Assembly (NCBI RefSeq): GCF_018350175.1
Contig: NC_058368.1
Coordinates: 180,050,001 to 180,114,000, forward strand
Length of the DNA stretch: 64,000 nt
From: Felis catus
Lineage: Eukaryota
Reading direction: 5' to 3'
A program made the translations under genes and the position numbers. The notes beneath the pieces were generated by a model. The model was not told the origin of the DNA. It searched no databases and worked only from the letters and a program-made list of their open reading frames with translations. Of the stretch, positions 38,969 to 51,495 are shown in pieces (within the stretch, counting starts at the first letter, position 1; each line of letters starts with the position of its first letter).

Positions 38969-39040
38969 AACCCTCCATGGCAACGACATTTCCAGCGTTC
39001 CCGAAGGCTCCTTCAGTGACCTGACATCTCTTTCCCATCT
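38969..39040 (+). CDS. SLIT3: SLIT3 exon (~24), 72 nt, one LRR
   Basis: tcag|A...CATCT|gtaagt; [23 protein letters not shown](L). Confidence 0.96.
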
Positions 39041-39806
39041 GTAAGTAGCCATATTTCTGCCTGGTGTGGATCCATTCAAAATGCAATATCATTAGAGTGC
39101 CAGAGATGATGCTGTGACTGTTAACATTTCAGTATCCATTCTTTCCGTATGCATAGTGTATGTTCCATGAAAATGTGCCCACGTTGTGCACGTTGTGTGT
39201 TCTCTACTTCAGATGCCTTCAAAGGCATCATCAATTATGTAAACAATGTAAATGTTTAATAAGAAGAACTAACATAAAACTCTTACTGTGTGATAAACAC
39301 TTTAGATGAATTATCTCATTTACTTCTTATAGCAATAAAGCATTTTTATCCCCTTCTTACACAGTGAAGCTTGAATGGAGAAGAACCAAAGAATTGGTCC
39401 AAGGGTCACACAGCTAGTAAGCAGCAGAGCCCTGGTTCCAACCCAGGTCTGCCTTGGCTCCAAAGCACATATTCTCTGCCACTCTGCGTCAGGGATTCTG
39501 TCCCCATTGCACACAGGGGAAACCGAGGTCTGTAAAAATTAGGTGTTACAAACCTTTGCCAGGAACATTTCTGAGTCTATATGTATACAACTCTATGTAT
39601 ATTTGATTGTTTTCAGATTGCATGCATATATTGTGATACTGATACATTATGCATACACCTTATAAAACATCCAAAAAATAGAAATTCTAAATGATACGAT
39701 TTTTAAAATAAGCAAAAATCCTTGTATTTTCTCTCTGGACACCACTGTTGAGAGGTCTGCATCAGCCCATGCCGTCCCCCAGCTGTGCTTTTTTAAAGCT
39801 AAGTGG

Positions 39807-40364
39807 TGTAGCTGGAGGAAAAACTTGCTTCTACCCCCTTAGTTTCTGTGGCTGGTCTAAGAATTAGACTGACATAAGACAGAGCAACCGGAGAAAAGGA
39901 TATAAATATATTTGATGTTTTTATGTGTATGTGGGAGTGTTCAAATGGAAAATGAAGACCCAAAGAAGCCATTGGACCCAAAAACTTATATACTTTTTTA
40001 TACAAGGAATGATAAATTGTAGGGATGTGACAAGACAAAGGGCCTTGGGCTAGGGCAGCAATTGTGTGGCAGTGACTAGGAAATATATGGAGAGGGACCA
40101 CTGGAAGGTCAAGGTTATTTGAGCAGGTAGGTTTGGCCTGGTCCATTTTAGTATTCATTCCCAGTCTCTAGTGATAAGAATATTTTTCCCTTCTTGGTGC
40201 AGGGAGGGCATCTTTCTCACAGGAAACTTCTGACTTGCTTTTAGGTAGAGACAGGGAGGTCAGAGAGCCCCTTCTGCACCTGCCATTTTTCAAGTACCTT
40301 TAGCTTGAAATAATCAATATGCCAAAGCAGCATATTTAGGGGTGGAGTGCTCTGAACCCTTTCT
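39807..40364 (-). mobile_element. MER34-like ERV1 solo LTR
   Basis: Minus strand starts AGAAAGGGTTCAGAGCACTCCACCCCTAAATATGCTGCTTTGGCATATTGATTATTTCAAGCTAAAGG and ends TACA; 4-bp target-site duplication GTGG at 39803-06 and 40365-68. Confidence 0.8.
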
Positions 40365-40640
40365 GTGGCCTGAAGCTTCTCCCTAGGTTGCTGTGTATCA
40401 AAGCCTTCTCTGAAGAGTGCATCCTTCAGTGGACCCTTCAGTAGGGCAAGGGAGCCAGATAATCAGATGGCCAAAGGTCCATCCTTCTCCTCCTGGAGAC
40501 TCCTTCTCTGCTGGTCCTCATGTCAGATACCCCCAATCTAGTCAGAGTCTGAAAATTCTGTTTCTCCAGAGGGCCAAGGGTATGGAGCCTATGGGCCAAG
40601 CTGGGCAAGGGGGGCCCTGACTTCCTGCTCTGCCTCCTAG

Positions 40641-40804
40641 GGCGCTGGGAACCAATCCACTCCACTGTGACTGCAGTCTGCGCTGGCTGTCAGAGTGGGT
40701 GAAGGCGGGGTACAAGGAGCCTGGCATCGCCCGCTGCAGTAGCCCTGAGTCCATGGCTGACAGACTCCTGCTCACCACCCCCACCCACCGATTCCAGTGC
40801 AAAG
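40641..40804 (+). CDS. SLIT3: SLIT3 exon (~25), 164 nt, LRR C-terminal cap of domain 4
   Basis: ctag|G...CAAAG|gtacat; [54 protein letters not shown]. Confidence 0.96.
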
Positions 40805-42163
40805 GTACATGCTGACTCTCCCCCACCTCTTGAGGGGTCTGCTCTGTCTCCAACAGCCCACCAGAGCTGGGTGTCTCAACAGACGTGACTTCTAAACCAC
40901 TGCCCTGTCTCTTCCATAAGCTGCACAGAGAGACTCAGATGCTGTTATCTCCTCCAAGTTTCTCTGCTGGCATCCCTACATGCTCCTCTCTGACTTCATT
41001 CTCTATATCATTTTGCACAGAGAAAAATCTTTAACTTGCATTTTTTTCACCCAACATTCTTAAAGCCTAAGCCTTTTCCCATTTTTACTACAGCAAGCTT
41101 TAGGTACATGAGATTTTAACTGACGACAACAAACTGCTACTGGGTTTTTATGTGCTGGACATCATGTTAAGCACTTTTTTGTGTGTTATTTCATTTAATT
41201 CTCATTTTCCAAGTATTTATTCAGTTCCCCAACCCTCTCTGGGTTAGACTTCAGTATCACCCTTATTCTTAAGAATGACAAAGCTGAGGCTTACTGAGGT
41301 TAAGAGACTTCTCAAGTCCACAGTTAGGATGATTCCAGGTCTTTCTGATTCCCCTGTACCTACTTGTGGCCACCAGGCTTTAATAATTCCACCGTAACGT
41401 CTTTAGTCAGTTCCTGGCCCTGAACCTTTAGTCTTCACTGGGTATTTCCAGTTGTTTTCTTACCAATGATGCATAAAGGTCTTTCTCTATTGAAAATTAT
41501 TCCTTAGATAAGATTCAGAGAATAGAAACTACTGAGCCAAAGTATGTGATCATTTTTAAGGTCTTTACACATATTGCCCTGCCATTTGGTGTCTAAAAGA
41601 GGGTTATAAACCACTTTATGCTCCCAGTAAGCACCATTTGAGTGCATTTTTCACCAGACTCTTACATTATTTTATCTCATTTCATCTCATTGCTAATTAG
41701 ATAGGTTTAAAAAAGTATGTCTCCTATTTTGTGTCTTTGCTTATTGGGGAAACTGCATTTTTTTCAAAAATTTACTTTCCATTTATGTCATACATTTGTC
41801 TGGTAGTGTCCTTTGCCCATCTCTTAGAGCCTCGAGTTTATTTTGATTTATATATATATACTTTGATTACCCTATAAACTTCCTGTGTCTCACATTTCTG
41901 CTTAAAGCAGGAAAACATTCTTTTGGCTTTAAGATAATTTTTCATTTTCTCCTCCTGCTTCCAAGTCATCTCACTTGATTGATGCTAAAGAGGCCCAGAT
42001 CAGTCTAAAACAATGTTTCTCAATCCTAGCTGCACATTTTGGAATCACCTGCAGAGCTTTTTACTGGTTCCCTGGCCCAACACTCCAAGTTTTGATTAAA
42101 TCGGTGTGGGGTACAGCCTGGCCGTGTTGAAGATATTTAAAAGCACCTTCGCTGTTTCTGCTG

Positions 42164-42276
42164 TAAGGTGATCAATTCATCCCGGTTTGGCTGGGCCCTT
42201 CCTGGTTTTAGCACTGAAAGTCCTGTGTCCTGGGAATCCCTTCAGCCCCTGGCAAACAGGACAGATAGTGTCCCTG
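42164..42276 (+). mobile_element. MER81-like hAT-Blackjack element nested in a MER5-like element (~42010-42300)
   Basis: TAAGGTGATCAATTCATCCCGGTTTGG...GGTTTTAGCACTGAAAGTCC...GGCAAACAGGACAG, with a loosely palindromic layout. Confidence 0.7.
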
Positions 42277-43029
42277 TTCTAATGGAAGCCAGGGTTAAGC
42301 CAGCTTGTACAGATTCTTAGGCCATCCTTTCTGTTCACCCCACCCACAAATGGTCAGACTTGCCCTGGGGTCATTCTCAACCCAATCTCCAAAGCTCTGT
42401 TCAAGGACCATGACCTCCATCCCTCCAGCCTTTGTAGCTGAAGAGAACAGGACACTGTCAAAACTGTCATAGATGCACAGTGTGCCTGAGCACAGTTTAC
42501 CATCTGTCAACAATATCATTGCTGTGTCTTTTGGGGCCACTTCTTACTTCCTCCTGCCAATCAAGGGTTCCACAAGAGGGACTTCCTATGTGTGTCTTTG
42601 GCCCAGGCACCCTGCCTTCCTTAGCCTAGCATAGACTATTCCATGGGGAGGGGTGTTTAGGGGCAGAGGAGTGGGAGGTCCAAATGGAGCCTGGGACCAG
42701 AGCTCCCCGAACATGAAAAGATACACAAGGGGTTTCTAATTATGGTGTATTGTTTATAGATTAGCTCCAAAATCGGATCAGGCTAATTACAGTAATTTAT
42801 TTGACTGCAGAAGTGCTTCTGAATGATGTCCCACTGTGATTTTTTCCTCACTGGACAATGGCTGCATTAATGGGACTCAGCTAGACTGGATGGTGCTGGC
42901 TGGGGAGCCACCCTCTGTGTGTAGAGATGGAGAGGGGCCGGCAGCTGGCTGAGGAAGGGGCCAGAGAGGAGGGAAAGGGAGGGAGGGGTGACAGTGACCT
43001 GCTACCAACATCCTGGTTTTGCTGTCCAG

Positions 43030-43154
43030 GGCCAGTGGACATCAACATTGTGGCCAAGTGCAATGCCTGCCTCTCAGACCCGTGCAAGAACAATGGGACG
43101 TGCAGCCAGGATCCTGTGGAGCTCTACCACTGCACCTGCCCCTATGGCTACAAG
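43030..43154 (+). CDS. SLIT3: SLIT3 exon (~26), 125 nt, EGF1
   Basis: ccag|GG...ACAAG|gtaaga; (G)[41 protein letters not shown]. Confidence 0.97.
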
Positions 43155-46100
43155 GTAAGATAGGAAGCCCCGCCCCCACCATTCACCGCCCAAGGAAGGC
43201 ACTGTGCCCTGCTGACCCTCCCTTCTCCAAGGGCAGCCTGGAGAACTGCATTTCACAGGTCACTCCAGAGTGGCACTTGGCACTTGCCAGTAACACTGCT
43301 ATTCTACTGGTGGGGGCTGTCCAGTTGTGTCACACTCATGCAAAACACAGAGAATCCCATCTTGGCAGTGACACTCTAAGGAGGAAATGTAATATTTATA
43401 TTTTCCTTGTTAAACATGAGGAAATAAGTCTCAGAGAGTGAAAATGCTTCCAAGTAGAGGCATCCCTTGAACTTACTATCCTGGCTTCCTTTCAAGGGGA
43501 TTTCCAGACTCTCCCCATCCCCTCCCTAACTCTGCCTCAGGAGGGCCAGTGCTGAAAGTGGGCTCCAGTTTGAGAAGGTACAGGGATGAGGGATTGAAAG
43601 GCCTGGGAGCTGCCAAGCTAATGCACTGTTGACAGGCTCAGGTCAGCCAGGAAGGGGATGGAGACCCTCGTTCTCCTGGGTGTCCTCTCCAGAAATCCAG
43701 GCTAATTCCAAAGCAACTTTTCTTCCTTTCTTCTCACCCAACACTATCTATCCTAAGTCCCTACTAACATCTATAGAGTATGGACTACATGGCCAACATT
43801 CTGCTTGACATCCTATTCACCTTTTCTTTTTAAACACCCCTTATGAGGAAGGCTCATTACTTCCCACTTATAGATGTGGAAACTGGGCCTCAGATTGTTG
43901 AAAAGGCTTGACTCAGTGTCTCAAAGCTCATAAGCAGCAGGGTTGGGATAGGACCAAGAGCTATATGATTCCAAAGTCCCCACCTTTACTCCTGGATAGC
44001 CAAGCCCTCTGCCGTGGCTCGCTGGGGTCAACAAAACAGTGGTTCACTCCTCTTCCCCAGGACCTTCCCAGCTTCCAGCCTCGCCAAGGCACCCATCCGC
44101 ATACAGTGGGCAAGCCAAGCATTCCAACACCACCCCAAAACCCATCTACTGCACATGCCTAGTACAGGCAGAGCGGAAGGGAGCTGGCATCACTGGTCTC
44201 CTGTCCCCAGGGGGATTTGTATGTGTAGTGACAAGCTTGAGGGGCAGAATCACTCTGGGGAACAGGGCTCCCTGGTGGTTTTTCAGCTGTAGCTGTGTCT
44301 CCAGCAGATAGTGTCAGAGTGCCACCTATGGGCCTGCCATAGGAGAGCCCAAGGATTCCCTTTGCAGCCAGCCAGCCAGAAGGCCTTGCCCCAGGCAGCC
44401 ACCCCAGATCCATGCATCCTACATGTGCACACGCACAGACATTGCAGGGGAAGTGTAGAAGTGAAGATACCATACTCAGGAGGCCTAGCTCCTCAAACCC
44501 ACTTGTATTAATTCAGTGGAGAAAACTCAGGCTGTGGAATTATACAGAGGGCACATGTGAACTCCAGCTTTGCTGTTTACTAGCTATGTGGTGATGGCCA
44601 GTGGCTTTGCCTCAGCCTTCCCGTGGACAAACCAGGGCCTATCTCACAGGGGTGCTGTGAGAATCAAATGTGCAATAACATATGCAAGGCACCTAGGACA
44701 GCTGTTCAGTATGCACTCTGTACACTGGCACATTGCTACATCTCTCTTTACCCTTGCATGCTGGTCCTGATACCAGGATATGGATGGGCCGCCATTAACA
44801 GGCAGTATGCTGCTGGTCTCACTAGGGATTCTCAGTCCATGACACTGTGAATTGGCAGAGATCATCAGTTGCTCTCCTGGAACGGTGATATGTGCATTTA
44901 TAACATCCCCAATACCATACCTATGCGTCGACTGTGGATCAGGCACTCAGCTGGACATTGGCATTTATTCCCTTCTCTGAGTTGTATAATCAACCTTTGA
45001 GGTGGGCGGGATCATCCCTATTTGAAAGATAAGGCCACTTGTTCAGACTTTGCTCGTAAGATTCTGAAGGTCTAGCAGAAGAATCTGAACTGAGATTTTG
45101 ACCTTTACGAAGCTATCGGGCTCATGCAGGCCTGGAGTACCTTAAGGAGGAGGATGATAATGGTGGTGATGGTATGTGATGGTGATGATGGTGATGATGG
45201 TGAAGGAATATGAGCAGCCAGCATTTACTGAGTGCCTATTACATACTGACAGTATACTAAACAAGGTGCAAGCATTATCCTGCATTCTCCTCATCAAAGC
45301 CTAAGGAGACAGGTCCTAAAATGACCTTCATTTTCCAGTTTAGGAAACTGAGATAGTAGGTGAGGGAGTTGGGATTCAGAGCTCAGAACCAATGGATTCT
45401 AGAACCCATGTTTTTGACCACTGTATTCACAGTCCATTGAGAAGCACCATGAATGCAGGGTCCCTAGCCATTTGGGACCTAAGTATCCAGAATAGGGAAA
45501 GTAGTTTATGCTGGTGGAAAGAACACCAAGCAGAATGGAAAGAACGCTGTGGAACTTGTCCCTACCTGACTGTGTGGCCTGGGACAGCTCCTCCTCTCCT
45601 CCCCGTATCAGGTTCAATCTCAAAATGCAGCAGGTAGAAACGAAGAGGTCCTTTAACCTTTAACCCTGGGTTGCATCATACCCCCTGCTCTGCATTTATT
45701 CCCTGGCTTTCCCTTCTTCCTGGATTGGAGCGCACCCAGGCAGAGTGACTGAGGTAGTAAGTTCTGGATGAGTTGCTAAGTTGACAATAATCACCAGACA
45801 CCCACAAAACCAAGTTCAAAGTTCTGGCATTTCTCCATTTATTTCCAGATACCGCAGCGTTTCCATTGACTAGCTGAGTGACCTTGGGAAGCCACAGTAT
45901 TATCCAAAACAGCATGGCCCCCACTGTTTAGTGTTTGGTGGCAGCTACTGGTCATCTATAATGGCAGGCTTTTGTGAAGCAATTTGAGCACATTACCTCA
46001 TTTAGCACCCTCAGTCACCTTCTGAAATAAGGTCTGTTAACCTCTTTTGGCAGATAAGGAAACTGAGGTTCAAAAAGATCAGATAACTTACCCGAGCTTC

Positions 46101-46425
46101 CACACCTAGGGAAGCACACAAACTAAACCCAGAGCCCTCCTCTCTCACAGGAAAGTCCCCACACTCAGTGCTCCACTAGGGACCAGGTCCCTCAGAGCCT
46201 CACTCCCCACCTGGAGATGTGAAGCATCACACTCACCTGCAGAGCTCCTAGAAGGATTCCGAGTGTCATGTTTGTGCTTCGCCCGCCTTGGTGCCAGGAT
46301 TCAGTAGGCACTTCACAGAGAGACCTGTTTTACAGCTGTTTCGCGTTGGGGGAAATAAGATGTATGTTTGGGCTCGTTCTTTTTCAGCCATTTAGCTTCA
46401 CGTGTGCATGTTCAGTGTCTACACG

Positions 46426-46589
46426 CAGTGCTTCTCACGCTGTACTGGCATGAGAACTACCTGGAGGTCTTAGTAAATGCAGCTTCTGATCCATTAGATC
46501 TGAGGTCAGGCCCAAGTTTGTACCTTTCTAACAAGCTCTCAGGGAACGCCGGAGCTACTAGCCTGAGGACCACACTCTGAGTAGCAAGG
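46426..46589 (-). mobile_element. MER5A-like hAT fossil
   Basis: CAGTGCTTCTCA...TTTCTAACAAGCTCTCAGG...GGACCACACTCTGAGTAGCAAGG. Confidence 0.75.
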
Positions 46590-47474
46590 TCCTGGAGCAG
46601 CCCTCCTGGCTATCTCAGAAAGAGGTTTCCAACAGGGACAGCTACTCCCCGGCTCCTTTAAAAGAAGCCAGAAGCCCCAGCCATGTCCCTGTCTCCCACC
46701 TTCCCTCCCTCTCTATTTCTCTCTCTTTCTCTATTTCTCTCTCTCCCATACACACACACACAGCAGTGGGGACCAAGGAACATCATAAATCTAGTAGATT
46801 TTAGCAAAATGAGGCTGAAGAGAGTTGAATTGAGCTAATTAGCCAGGTATTGAGAATGGTGATTATTTCTCAAGGACACGTAAGTGACAGAAATCCTTAC
46901 CTCCAGGCCCATTTAGCATATCACCAAGAGCTACGGTCTGCCTCCTGGTTTCTGAGCTCAGTATAAGTGACCCGAGTAGACGTAGACGTCACCAACCCCA
47001 CCCCCAGGGGAAGATCCCAGCTGGAGTCCCTGATACTCAAGAGTTCCCCCAGAGCAAAGAGGCTGGCCCAGGCAGGGGCCAGGGAGGCCCTGCCTTGACT
47101 TGATCAAGTTCTCTTGTCCTGCTCTTTGTGGCTCATCCATCTAACACACACAAAAACTCCTGAACAATTCGGTACCAACCAAATGCCTGAAAAAAGTCTT
47201 TTGAGCTCCCACATTCAGCCCTGCCTCAGACCCCTGTAGTAATCCGCCTCCTCATCATCCGAATAGCTCTTATTTAGGTTGCTACCATACATGCCTTGTG
47301 CTTTATATATGTGTGATTTCTAATATTCATTCCATAGGGTAGGTATTATTCCCATTTTACAGATGATAAAAACAAGGCTCAGAGAGAACTGGTAGTTTCC
47401 CCAAGGCACACAGCAGCCAGACTGGAGTGTGTGCTCCAATGTGCTACCCCTGGAGCCCATGTTTTGAGAGGGCA

Positions 47475-47730
47475 GCATCAGTGACCCGGCAGAGGGGTTC
47501 CCAGTGCTGGCTCTGGACTGGATGCCTGGGTTCAGCTGCTGCCTATTCCACTTAACTGCTGTGCAATCTTGGACATATTAGCTCACTTTCCAAGTCTGCC
47601 TTCCCAATCTGAAAAGGGCAGTAATAACAATCCTACCGATCGCATAGGGTTGTTGTGAACATTATATGTGATTGTGAATATAAAACACTTAGCGTGAGGC
47701 CTGGAATGGAAAATGTTCTCAATAAATTGA
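47475..47730 (+). mobile_element. MIR SINE (an opposite-strand MIR lies at ~47270-47420)
   Basis: GCCTGGGTTCAG...GCTGTGCAATCTTGGACA...ATAGGGTTGTTGTGAACATT...TAAAACACTTAG. Confidence 0.72.
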
Positions 47731-49069
47731 GAATGAGTATTGCAGTTTCCGTTGCACGCAATGACTTTGTGTAAGGGATCCCGTGTTGTTCTGCTTTAGG
47801 ATAAGCCCAGATCCCACATCAAACTGCATTCTCCTTCTCCCCCTCAAGAAAACTCTGACTGGCCGTTAGCTGTGAGGGGGCATGAAGGGAGCCAAGACAG
47901 ACGTGGCCATGCCTCCTGGCTGCTGGATACTGCAAGGGCTTCAGGGTTGGAGACAGTAGGGAGAGTCGTAGGCCCAGTTGGCAGCGACCTTCGAGCCAGG
48001 GAGCCCAGCCCCACTCCGTCACAGGCACTGGCAGCAGCAGAGGCGGGAAGAGGATTTTCTCAAGCAGATGGCGAGCAGGTGGTATGGCAGTGGGAGGGCT
48101 CCCGTGATCACCCCCGCCTGGCATGGTGCCCACACCAAGTCCACAGCCCAGAAACAAATACAACGGATGCCTCCCCAGACCCCGCAGGTCCTCTAAGGGA
48201 CTGCTTGCCAAGACTTGGGTGTAGCGCTGGTGTGTCAGTCCCAGGGGAGGGGGGAGTTAGAGCCAGAGGGCCAGCAGGCTGCTCCCCGGTCTTAATGTCC
48301 ACAGCCTCTACCTTGGCCTCCCTCCTCAGTGCCTTCATCTTCACTGTCCTTCTGCCTGGCATGCTCCTCCCCACCTACTGCAGTTGACTCCTCAGCTGAA
48401 ACGTCCCCTCCAGAGGGGCCTGCTCCAGAGGAATGCCACCCCACACAAAATTGTCTGTCCCAGAGGTCCTCAATCTGGCCTAACATTAGAATTGCCTGCA
48501 GAACTCTAAATACCAACACCTGGGCCCACTTCCAGACCAATTAAAGGTAGATCTCTGTGGAATTGTCACCCTATAGGGGCAAGGTCCTCTGGCCACACTT
48601 CAGCCCCAGCCCTCCCTACTCAAGTTGTGGATTATATTGAGGCCTCACTGCAGCTAAGAGTACCGTGTCCTCTGCTAGGTAGCTCTGTGAGGTAGGCTGA
48701 GAGTTAAAAGGCTTAGATGAGGTCATGGCCAGCCAACCAGGAAGAGATGAAGCTGGAATATGAAACCAGGTTTCCCTGTACCCAAAGCCCATGCTCTTGC
48801 CCTGCAGTTCAGGATAAAGAAAAGGATGTGAATTCCAGGAAGTAGGGAAGCTGGGGCCTGAACTCCTCAGTTCTCAACCTTCTCTCAGTGTGGAACGGCC
48901 AAAAGCAAGGGCCCCCTTTGGCGTCCTCCAAGCCACACAGCAGAGGCCACAGAGAGGCCTTCTGCCCGGCCTCATCCCAGAGGACGCTGGGAACTCCAGG
49001 GGGCCTCCTGGTCAAGGCAGCCACTGAAAGCCTCCCTAACCAGGTGCTTCTCCCTTTCCTGCTCCTCAG

Positions 49070-49167
49070 GGCAAAGACTGCGCTATGCCCATCAACACCT
49101 GCATCCAGAACCCCTGTCAGCATGGAGGCACCTGCCACCTGAGCGAAAGCCACAAGGATGGGTTCAG
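49070..49167 (+). CDS. SLIT3: SLIT3 exon (~27), 98 nt, end of EGF1 and first half of EGF2
   Basis: tcag|GGC...TTCAG|gtaaca; [32 protein letters not shown](S). Confidence 0.97.
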
Positions 49168-49664
49168 GTAACAGCTCACCCTTGGGCCTTCCCTCCCTCA
49201 GGGGGCTTTATAGGCAGACCACTGGGGCAGGCTGATGCACAGCTGTTCACTGAGGGCCTACTGTGTGTCCACACTGTGCCAGGTCTGTTATACAGATCAT
49301 CTCAAGGCTCTTCCCACCCTGTAAGGGAGCTACTGTGATCCCTACTATACAAATGAGAAGATTGAGGCACCAACAGGAGCTATTCTTTGCCCACAGTGAC
49401 ACAGTTAGTGAGCGTTCCTATGGGGAATTCAGAGAGTCTGTCTCCAGAGCCAGGAGGATACCAAGGGAGGCTAAAGCTGCTGGCACAAGTCAGAGAAGGA
49501 TGGCATGATGGCCCAACCCCCCCCCCGCCCCCCGCAGCATGGCAATTCCACCTCTGTTTCCTGTGTGCTAAAAACAATGATCATAGGTGATATTGACTAC
49601 ATGTTCATCATGTGCCAGGCATGAACTAGCCGTGCAACCTCTAATTTAAATGCTCACAATGAGT

Positions 49665-49887
49665 GGGGCGCCTGGGTGGCGCAGTCGGTTAAGCGTCCGA
49701 CTTCAGCCAGGTCACGATCTCGCGGTCCGTGAGTTCGAGCCCCGCGTCAGGCTCTGGGCTGATGGCTCGGAGCCTGGAGCCTGTTTCCGATTCTGTGTCT
49801 CCCTCTCTCTCTGCCCCTCCCCCGTTCATGCTCTGTCTCTCTCTGTCCCAAAAATAAATAAACGTTGAAAAAAAAAATTAAAAAAAA
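49665..49887 (+). mobile_element. Young felid Can-SINE (SINEC_Fc-like), full length
   Basis: CpG-rich body; perfect 16-bp target-site duplication AAATGCTCACAATGAG (49648-63, 49888-903) at a TTT|AAA L1-endonuclease-type site. Confidence 0.97.
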
Positions 49888-51068
49888 AAATGCTCACAAT
49901 GAGCCTACCCACTGCAAGCTGGTACTATCCCCACTTAACAGATGAGGAAACTGAGGCACAGAGATTTACTTGCTCTAGGTCACATATCCTGACACATTCC
50001 TGGATCTTCCAACCCCACTGCTTTCCTCCCAGGAATTCAGAGCTCAAGAAGAAAAAGGGATAGAAGCCACTTAAGTTTTCCCCGTCCCTGTCAATTAGGT
50101 GGACTTTCGAGGCCTCTGCCAAACCTCAGGCTCCCTTCCTGCTTCCCCCCACCCCCCTTCCCAGCTGCTTTCACGTGCCCAGCTTGCCAGCCCGTGGCCC
50201 TGGCAAAAACAGACCTGTGGAAACTGGTTCCTTTAGCACCCCAGTGAGCGAGTGGGTCAGGCAGTAAAGCAGGGGCACCCAGTGCAGAGCTGTGTGTGGA
50301 TGTCTTAGAGCACAGGTTGCAAACAAGTAGCAAAGGCACTCTGGGTGGGGGGAAGGAGGGGCTGCTGTGCCGTCTGTGAAAGAAATCAGGTTCTGGGCCC
50401 TAGTTCTTCCGACAGAGCCCAGCCTGCCCCCGTGTCCACCTGCCAAGCCAGCCCCATCAAACTCTGGCTCTTAAAAAGTGAAATAAATTCAAGGCCAGGT
50501 TTGCTTTCCTGCCTGGAGTCGGCCAAACCACCCACTCCCACCTTCTCACTGGGAGCAGGGGTAAGGAGAAACCACACAGAAATTTCACAGAGGTGGCCAC
50601 ATGGCCCCAGCCAAGAAACACACCTCCAGGGTAAAAGCCTGGCTCTGCCCACCCTGCCCAGAAATGGAGGTCTGCAAGAGTGAGGAGTGTCCCCTGCAGG
50701 CGACTGTCTCTCCCCTCCCTGTCCCCCTCTGCATGTGCCCCCCTCTCTGTCTCTTTATGGGGTATCTCTCTTCGTCTCTGGAACTGCAGGTGAGCAGAAG
50801 GAACCTTCCTGGTTTCCACCTTCCGTTGTTGAGATTTGAATGAACTGGAAATACTTTTAGAATTTAATTTTCAAGGAAAAGGGCCCAAATCTACAGGATT
50901 AGGGTAATGGGGTAGAGGATTAAAGCAATGAGGCCCACATGCTGGGGAAAGCATAGTTTGTGTGGGCCTGCCAAGGGGCAGGAGCACTCCCCCTCACTAG
51001 GTTAGCACCTGATAGGTTGGCAAAGGGAGGGACACCTATCAGGGAAGCTTTGCTCCCTTTTTCCCTCC

Positions 51069-51495
51069 TGTGTCCATTTGCTGGGGCTGCCATAACCAAG
51101 CAGTGCACCAGGGCGGCTTGGACCAACAGAAATGTATTCCCTCACATTTCTAGAAACCAGAAGTCCAAACTCAAGGTGTCAGCAGAGCCACACTGGCTTT
51201 CAAACCTGTAGGGGAAGATCCTTCCTTGCCCCGTCCTAGCTTCTGGTGGTGGCTAGTGATCTCGGGCCTTCCTCACTGCAGCCTTCATCCTCATGTGGCA
51301 TTCACCCTGTGTCTCTGTCTCCACATGGCCATCTTACAAGGATGGCAGTAGATCTGGGGCCCACCCTACTCCAGTATAACCTCATCAGAAACGACATCTG
51401 CAAGGACCTTATTTCCAAATAAGGTCACATTCTGAGGTGCTGGGGGTTAAGACTTCCAGATACCTTTTTGAGGGGACACAATTCAACCCATAACA
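51069..51495 (-). mobile_element. MLT1-like (ERVL-MaLR) solo LTR
   Basis: GGGCTGCCATAAC...CAGAAATGTATTCCCTCACA...TTTCCAAATAAGGTCACATTCTGAGGT...GACACAATTCAACCCATAACA. Confidence 0.88.
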
